From positions 248,001 to 312,000 of the forward strand of contig OZ237757.1 in assembly GCA_965178125.1 (NCBI GenBank): a stretch of 64,000 nucleotides of DNA, written 5' to 3'. The translations under genes and the position numbers were made by a program. The DNA comes from Bilabrum cf. latius. Taxonomy: Eukaryota. Below the pieces are notes generated by a model. That model ran no database searches. It was not told the DNA's origin and worked only from the letters and a program-made list of their open reading frames with translations. Shown piece after piece: positions 56,401-64,000 of the stretch (within the stretch, counting starts at the first letter, position 1; each line of letters opens with the position of its first letter).

Positions 56401-59400
56401 GCAGGACACACAGGAGCACCGAACGAGGGCCGCGCGCTAGGTGAGTCAGCAAGCCTCGAATACAAAGATCTGCGAGTCAGCGAGACCAGCACTGGCAGTC
56501 AAAGACCGGCGACCATGCACGGGCCCAACAAGGCCCCTGCAGCACTCTCCGCTGCAAGCATTGTGTACTCCCTGGACCCCAATGTGGTCGGCGAAGGTGC
56601 AGGGGCAGCTCAGTTTGATCCATTGAATGTCGAGTATGACTCAAGGGTATCACCGAGGGTGGATTCCGTGGTGCCAGGCGTGATCCGCGCCGTCACCCCC
56701 GGCATCGTGTCGCTGCTTCTGGCGGGGGCTCGCAGCCCTAGCTCTGCCAATGGCACCGCTGATGTGTCTGTACAGGTCGGGGGCGTGCCATGCGAGAATC
56801 CTGTGCTCAGCAATGTCGAGAGCAGACTGACAAGGGTACAGTGCACGCTCACTCCAAACCCTTAGAAGCCACTCAACATGGGTTGGCAAGCCGTCCGAGT
56901 GGCTGTGGATGGGAGGCCCGCTGCAGGCTTACACTCAATCTATGTCCTGCCTTCCGTGGGAAACGTGGACGCCGAGCAATTCGGTTCCTCTGCAGGCGGA
57001 AAAACAGTTGGCATGTCGCACGGGGGGCTCAGCCACTTGGGAGCCTTCGCCTCACAGTCTGCCTCGAGCGATGGCGGCTGGGTACCGCTGGAAGGCGTGC
57101 TACGCATGTCTCTTGCGTACGACGGCATTAGCGACGCCGCAGAATTGGCCCAAGCTGCGGTCAACGCGTCTGGGCTCATTGGTGATGCAAACACTAGCCC
57201 GAGTGAGCTTGCGTTGATGTCGGCAGCCGCTCGCAGGGTAGCGTCAGGCTCTCATGCAGGCGCCTGGGCCGCCGCTGATACCGAGGTGAGGGTGTGTGGC
57301 GTGCCATGCAATCCAGCAAGCGGCGGAGCACAGTACCTACGGTGCGTGACAGGCGCAGTGCTTCCCATGGAACGTTCGCTAGCCCCTTGGGTGGCCACTC
57401 TGACCAGCAGAGGCGGATACGACGACGCATCACAAGGGTACGTGACACCCCGTGACGCAGCCACCACCGGGGAGCAGGTCCTGCGCCATCGAGTGGATGC
57501 CACATCTGGCCAAATCGCGCTGGGCAAGGGGCAGGTGTCAGTGATGGCATTTCCGTCGCTTCGGTTGCCTGCGTTTTCGGATGTGGGCATTGCCCAGCTG
57601 ACAGTGACCGCGCAGCAGCAGAGCGGCTCTGACGAGGATGTCTTGCTAGGCATCCTGCCTGTGCTGCTGCCCGCCATTGATGCTGTTAAACGAAACGGAC
57701 CTGGCGGCTCTCTGGATTGGAACGGCGGGCTCTCAGCGATGCCCGGCGCACTGTCTCAGCTTACTGCACGCGCCCTTGCAAGAACCATGAGGAGAGCAGT
57801 GGCGGCCGGCAGCGCCCACGCAGCCACCCTATCCAGTGTTGCCGACCAGCTCGGCGTAATAGACGGACAGGAAATGTTGTTCGCTCCCCGCGAAATGATG
57901 CTCTGGAGGCCTCCTGCCTTCCAGAAGCAAGGCGAGTCGCACGTGCTGCCCGACCTGTCTGTGCTGCTTGAGCAGGCCCTCGAAGATGCTGGCGCCAGCG
58001 AGTACTCGCATTCTGGGGGCAATGACACGGATGACGAGTACGTGCACTACGACGAGCATTCGAGCGTGCTGGCCATCGTGATCGTGGATGCCTCAGTTTC
58101 GTCTGCCTCTGTTGCAGGGTCAACGCAGAACGCATATCCAATCTCCGCTGTTAGTGGCAATGTGAACAGATGGCAAGAAGCCGCAGCGGCCGCTGCGCAG
58201 ATGGTGGGGCGGGAAGACGATGCTGCAGGCACGTTAGCTGATGAGGAGGCAGCGGCCCTTCGGTCCGAATCAAGCGGCATGCTCGGTCCAGACCCCGAAG
58301 CACCCACGGGTCAAAGCAGCGATATTTCGTCTGGGTCGGCGCGGGCTGCTTGGGCAGGCTACCGAGTCGCTTATAGCGGAGACGCAGAGCGTGAAGATTA
58401 CAGGCCTCAGCTGCAGATTGAAGTGGCTCCTGCCCATGGGATGGACGCTCCTCTGCCCATCCGCTGGTCGCGCGCCGCTGCTCTTCGGACACCGGCCGTG
58501 CTGGCAGTGGCTCAGGACCCTATTGTTAGAGACGCCCTTCTGGGCAGCAGTACTGAGGCACAGTCTGTTCTCGCAGACATGGCCAGCGCGCTGGCGGGTG
58601 CTCTTCAGGAGGATTCTAGTGAAACCGATGATGATCTATCGCTGGTGCTTCCTGGATTGCTGCCGTCGCTGCCCGTTGCTCTTCGAGACGGGCCGGTCGG
58701 TGACACCTCATTAGCAAGGGATGCCTGGATGCAGGGCGTGGCTACGTGGTTGCTGGATGCTGCTGGTGCCCTCAATTGCACCACAGAAGTGTGGAGCAGG
58801 GACGCGCCGGGGGCAGCCACGGCTAGGCTCATGGGACGGGACGTCTCCATTGACACGCTCGATGCAGAGTCCAACCCGGAGTGGCATGAAGTGGAGGCTA
58901 CCGACGGGATCGTTCGATCCGCTTTAGAGACGAACACATGGGGTACAGATGTCGGAATGCAATCAGCCTCCTCTTGGAATGGAGCAGCAGATGCTATGGT
59001 GTTCGCCAGCGCAGGATCCACCCCAGAAGGAGCAATCGATTCGCAGGACGGTGCCACCGGCTGGAATGTGGCATCAACAGAGCTGTTCGGCACGCAACTG
59101 CCAGTGCAGCTCGCTCTATGTCTGCGCGATCCTGTGATTGGCGACAGGATCCGGATCGCGATAAATGCCACCTCGGCGGTCTAGCAAGAGCTGCTGCGGT
59201 CGACATCAATCGAGTTGCGAATTGGCGCATTGGCAATGCCAGAATCCGATGCTATGCTCGGGTTCGTGCAGTAGAGCGCGGCGGCTCTGAATCTTGCCAG
59301 GCTGCGGGAGCAGAGCCCACTCGCCGCAGGTACAATGCAAGGCAGCGCAATCGATCGCATCTCCGCCTGGGTAGCGTTCTCATCCGATTCTCTATATGCA

Positions 59401-62400
59401 TCCGCGGTTCAAGTCAACGACCAAGGGGTTTTCGAGCTCATCATCGACCTGGCGGCCGCGGCTAGTCAGCAGGTGGCGCGTGGCTCACTACCCGCAGTGC
59501 CTCTGGATGTTCTCAAGACAACAGCTTGGGTATCTATCTCACTGCAGCAGGGCAGCGAAGATCCATCTGGGGATGCAATGGAATCCAGCATTATCATCAC
59601 CAGCATTCAGGTTGAAACTTCTCAGGCCAGCCTCCCGCGCCGCAGTCTGGTGGCTAGCTCGGATCCGCACCTCTCTCTTGCAGTCTAGTCGCTCCATGGT
59701 GGGCACTCGAACCACCCCCAGGGACACGAGGTATCCCGCAGGCTGGCCACCCAGTCGCCACTGGCTCGGACTGCCCATGCCCTTCGCAGCACACTGCATG
59801 CAGCAGTGGGACACTCACACAGGCAGCTCCTCGACCTTGCTGCTGCCACCGGTGATGCCCATCCGAACGGGCCCAGGGCACTGCTGGCTCAGCGGCAGAT
59901 CATTCAGGACGGCAGGCGCTGGCGTGCCAGTGACAGAGATGGCGCTTCCTTGGATGAAGCGCACGCTATGCATCCTGCCGCGCCGGGGTCCAGGCGAGTG
60001 CTCCTTGGAGCGTCCCGAGGCATGCCGCAGGATCGCTCACGCCAGTTGTCTGCCGAGCACGCCCGCAGGCTTTTCTTCTTTGGTGGATTCTTCCCATTCC
60101 CGATCATACCGCAGCCTGTCACCACGTCAGTGTCACCGCCGCGGGGAAGCACCAAGGGAGGCACGCTGCTCACCATCTCTGGCCGGCACTTTGGAACCAG
60201 AGCTGCAGATGTTACTGTGACTCTTGGAGGTGCACAGACACTGTGCGATAGCATCGAGACGATCTCAAACACACGGATCACCTGCTACACCCGAAATCTT
60301 GGTTTTGGGACCGGTGCGCTGGCTGTGCTTGTGCGCCGCCGGAATGTCGGCCTGGGAATCCTCACTGGCGATTCAAGCACGTACTAGTACGCAGACGTGT
60401 GGTCTCGCAGCTCGACGTGGGGCGGAGAGCCTCCCCCGCGAGAGGGAGAGAGTGTGCACGTGCCGCTCGGCTCGATCATCTTCCTTGACATCTCGCCCCC
60501 CAGGCTGAGGCTGATCGTCCTCTAGGGCACGATGGTGGTGCTGTCAGATACAGACGAGCACTTGCGCCTGAGTGCCGAGTGGATCATCGTCAATGGCCTC
60601 GGGTCGCAGTTCGTAGCCGGACACCCCTCTCTTCCGCTGCAGGGCCGTTTCACCATCGAGATGCTTGGACACGTGAAGACCCCAACCCTGCCGATCTACG
60701 GCGCCAAGTCGCTCGGTGTCTGGGAGGGCTTGCTGTCCTTCCACGGCCGAGCGGTAGGCAAATCATTCGTGCAGCTGGGGCAGACCGCCCACCGGCTTGA
60801 CGACGAGATCGTGTTGCACGAGAGGATTGAGACGAGAGACGGTTGGGAGGCAGGCTCCACGATCCTAATCACGTCCACTCATGCCGGTGCCGATGCAGCC
60901 GCGCTTCGCACGGAACGGGTCGTGATCAAGGAGATCAAGTCGGACAGAAAGACCATCGTGCTTCGGTCAAGGCTCAGGCACAACCATGAGGCCACAACGT
61001 ATGAGTACGAGGTGTCCAAGACGAACGTGACGGCAGTGCCTACTGCAGGTGGAGGATATGTGCCCGGTGTTGATTCTGTGCTCACAACACGCAGAGTCGA
61101 GGTTCGCGCAAGAGTCGCTCTGCTTACGAGGAGTATCACCATTCAGAGCGATGCTGCAAGATTCAGGGCGCCGGAGCGTTTCGGCGTGACGGTGACCCTG
61201 CACAACCCGGGGCGGGAGCGCGCTGTCGCCATGTGGAGCAACGTCGCCATCCGACGGGGCGGACAGGCCGGTAGGCTCGGCAAGTGCGCGATCAGCTTCA
61301 GCATGATGGGTCGAGTCACGCGGAACTACCTCGAGAATCTGGTGGTGGAATCATCCATGAATCGTGCCGTGTGCGTGCGCGGGGTGCGGAACCTGCCAAT
61401 CCGCGGGCTGGTGGCAGACTCCATCCGTGGCCACGCCGTGTTCCTCTCTGACGGAGTTGAGGACGGTACTCGCCTGGAGTAGGCTCTGATCTCTCGTGTG
61501 ATGCCGGTGGATGTAGGCGGCTTCAACACGGAGCAGCAGCCAGCAGGAGTGTACCTTGCCTCGCCCGGTGCAGACCTCCGAGGTGTGGTGGTTACCGCGG
61601 CACCTCACGGAGTTTGGCTTTGGCCACCTGCCTCACCCATGGGTGCGTCGTCTACCAGTGCTGCTGCACAGACCCTTTGTCCTTCATCCACAGCCCTGGG
61701 TGTCTGGTACGGCGTGGAGGCCATCAGCGGTGACTATGGCGTTCGGTTCACTGGTATCCACACCCCTCGATCGGACCCGTGTGACGAGGACTCTGCGCCG
61801 GTGTCATCGTATATCGGCGGAGTTTTGGCTGCCAGGCAGCTGGAGAAGGGCGTGGTGATTGCGGCAGATACGCGGGTGGTCGTCAGGGGCGTGACGACGA
61901 TCGACTGCCACGTGGCTGCGATCGAGTTCCCTGGTGCTGACGGCGGGCGGCTCCACGGCTGTTTCGCTGGAGACTCCGGTGCGAGCGATGTGACGATCAT
62001 CGGGAGGTCCGGGTCAGATCTTGATTTGCACCCCGGGTTGGCGGCAGACGCTCCCGCGTACTGGCCCCCTCGGATGGGCGTGCTGCTGCCTGCATGGCAC
62101 GGAGCTCACCTAGTCAACGTGTCATTCGCTTCATTCGGACCCCAGGCTGCGACTGCTTAGTCCTCAGGGGATGGCGGCCATGAGGATGACTATGCTGTTG
62201 GCGCTTGCTCAATGTGCGAGCGGTTCACGCCCTACGGTGGCGGCTGGGAATCAAGGTGGAACCGGGTCTGGTGGTCGACTGGACGGATGGCAGAATGGGA
62301 TCTGGAAACATCCAGGCCGGCGTACCCCGATGCATTTGACAACAACACCGGGAGCGAGATCTCGAGGCGCATGCTGTGGCGCTGGGAGCATGAGGGCGTG

Positions 62401-64000
62401 ATCGCTGACTTGGACGGGACCTTCTGCCCCTTGCAGCCGGGCGATGTGGCCTACAGCCAGCTCGACTATCCTCACGCGCTACCGAGGACCATCTTGCCAT
62501 ATACGCCGCTAGCCGATGTTGCCTCAGCCGATTGTGCAGTGGCTCCAGACCCCGAGTACACGCATGGTCGCGGTGGAGGAGTCGTGTGTGCGGGAACGCC
62601 ATGGCGCAGGCTTGCAGCCAACAACACGATCCCCGAGAGTCTGTTCCGCCGAGACTTCACCCTCACTCCCGTAGATGGGTGGCGGCACCGCCTGTCTGCC
62701 CCGGTGGATGCCGGCGCGGAAGCGGACGCCCCGTTTTCGAATGCGAGAAGGACGCATCCAGGCGGCTGGGTGGCTCTCGTTCCTGGCAATTCCACCATCC
62801 TCATCGGCTTCAGGCATCCAGCATGGCCGGATCTTCACCTGCAGCAGATAGAAGTGGGCGCGGGCGAGTTCGACAACTGGCCCACCCCTGCAGCTCAGTC
62901 GCCCGAGCTCGCTGCACTGTCTATGATGCTGCCCTATGAAGTGGGTCACGGCCTTGACCGCTGGACAGACGATGAAGTCTGGCTTAGGTTGGCGTTTCCT
63001 CACGCACTGGACCGTATCGAAGTCGAGTACAACCTCGTGGCTGAGGCCCCACACAATGATATCGTCGTGCAGTCTCCCACGGTCGGAATCCCTGGGCGGC
63101 ACACCATGTTCGGATCGTGGACCATGGACACGGCAGCTACCACTGCCGTCGTTCTGTTGAACGGAAATGACGCCTCCCGCCTGGAACGTGACAACCGCAT
63201 GTGCCGGCATTCGACGTACGCCCGCATCACTGCTTACAGGGCAACAAGTTGGGGCGATGGTGGTGGAGGCGGGGGCGGGGGTGGTGGAGGCGGAGGAGGC
63301 GGCAGTGGAGGTGGTGGAGGCGGCGGTGGAGGCGGCGGTGGAGGTGGTGGTGGGAGCGGAGGAGGAGGTGGCGGTGGAGGTGGCTCCTCGCCATGCCCCA
63401 CCCGATGCGAGCTTCTAGGGTACCGCGAGACATTCAAGAGGCTGTGGTCCTTCTCTTCCACGTGGACTGGCATGCCATGCATGGGATACACCGGGCTGCC
63501 CGTTACCGGACAGACCGTCGTCATCTCAGCCAACAAGCACGTGGTTCTGGATGTATCGACACCTGTTCTCCGTGCACTCGTCATCGAAGGCATTCTTGAG
63601 GTGCACGACAGGGGCGAGGGTACTGCGCCTCTCCTGCTTCAGGCCGAGCACATTATCATCCGGAAGCACGGTGCGCTGCTCGTGGGATCGCCGGCGCGGC
63701 CCTACCGCGGCAACTTTGAGATCCGCATGGTGGGCGACAGGCACAGGCCAGCGTTCCTGAACGGCTTCGACACGTTTGCGCCTAGCAAGGCCATCACTTC
63801 TAACGGAAACCTCACTTTGGTGGGCATCAGCAGGAGACCCTCGTGGACTCGGCTGCTGAGATCCGCCAAGGCTGGCGACACCGAGGTGGTGGTCATGGGC
63901 CAGGCCCAGCTCTGGCGAGCCGGCGATCGCATCGTGTTAGGGCCTACTGGTTTCAGGCACAACGAGACGGAGGAGGCCATCGTTCGCAGCGTGACCCGGC
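47456..64000 (+). CDS. Giant fibrocystin-L (PKHD1L1)-like surface protein: signal peptide, many IPT/TIG repeats, PA14-like, LamG-like, G8 and beta-helix regions; >5,300 aa, runs off the window end
   Basis: Exon 47456-47594 (signal peptide + VVPTEGSLLGGTLLSIYG). From 47960 one frame to 64000 with 20 TAG and no TAA/TGA. IPT repeats (VSPSAGSLEGGTRVTILGKGF), LamG-like (WTSLIATYDG..RLYIDG..LDEVLMW), G8 (VWSRSSTWGG..., second at ~63440), RVALLTRSITI, GQAGRLG, RWEHEGVIADLDG. Confidence 0.9.
47595..47959 (+). other. Probable intron region (365 nt; may contain a micro-exon)
   Basis: GTGAGG donor and CTGCAG acceptor give an in-frame junction; AT-rich; a second GTGAGT at 47907 makes the exact structure uncertain. 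Confidence 0.55.
63259..63384 (+). repeat. GGN codon tract encoding a ~42-residue poly-Gly linker
   Basis: 40 Gly + 2 Ser codons in the fibrocystin-L-like frame, just before the second G8 domain. Confidence 0.9.

Noticed and set aside
1-64000. Region of pseudogenes or C-to-T hypermutation producing premature stops
   Set aside because: Decay or deamination would also yield TAA (from CAA), TGA (from CGA) and frameshifts. Only TAG is seen, catalytic motifs are intact, and every frame change coincides with a GT-AG intron.
1-64000. Ciliate-type code (table 6, TAA and TAG both Gln)
   Set aside because: No internal TAA in any reconstructed gene, and TAA ends genes at plausible C-termini (20862, 31689, 42819).

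Overview
Gene-dense, GC-rich eukaryotic nuclear DNA with short GT-AG spliceosomal introns and about 19 protein-coding genes. The gene style suggests a heterotrophic protist, possibly a stramenopile flagellate; that assignment is inference only. The main observation is a non-standard nuclear genetic code. Nearly every gene is interrupted by in-frame TAG codons (my manual count is 94 in 17 genes) but never by in-frame TAA or TGA, and each complete gene ends in TGA (13) or TAA (4). The TAGs sit at conserved Gln positions (PP2A-B56 HF*VAER, SNARE zero layer, cyclase P-x-*-VV, G8 LIVL*G) and inside CAG runs. So UAG=Gln while UAA stays a stop (NCBI table-15 type), a rare uncoupling of UAA and UAG. 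Read this way, the fragmented ORF track collapses into full genes: a membrane protein, kinesin-14, an LRR/ankyrin-like protein, a CCT-domain protein, a TBC RabGAP, a TPR/F-BAR/SBF2-like protein, a two-domain membrane nucleotidyl cyclase with swapped halves, a Bet1-like SNARE, an Aurora-like kinase, an LEA-like protein, a PRKCSH-like-domain membrane protein, a SET methyltransferase, an HSL-family esterase, an NDUFA4/B12D-like protein, a GH79 heparanase-like glycosidase, an RNASEK-like protein, a PH-fused PP2A B56 subunit, and a >5,300-aa fibrocystin-L-like protein running off the window. No tRNA, rRNA, transposon or CRISPR array was recognised.
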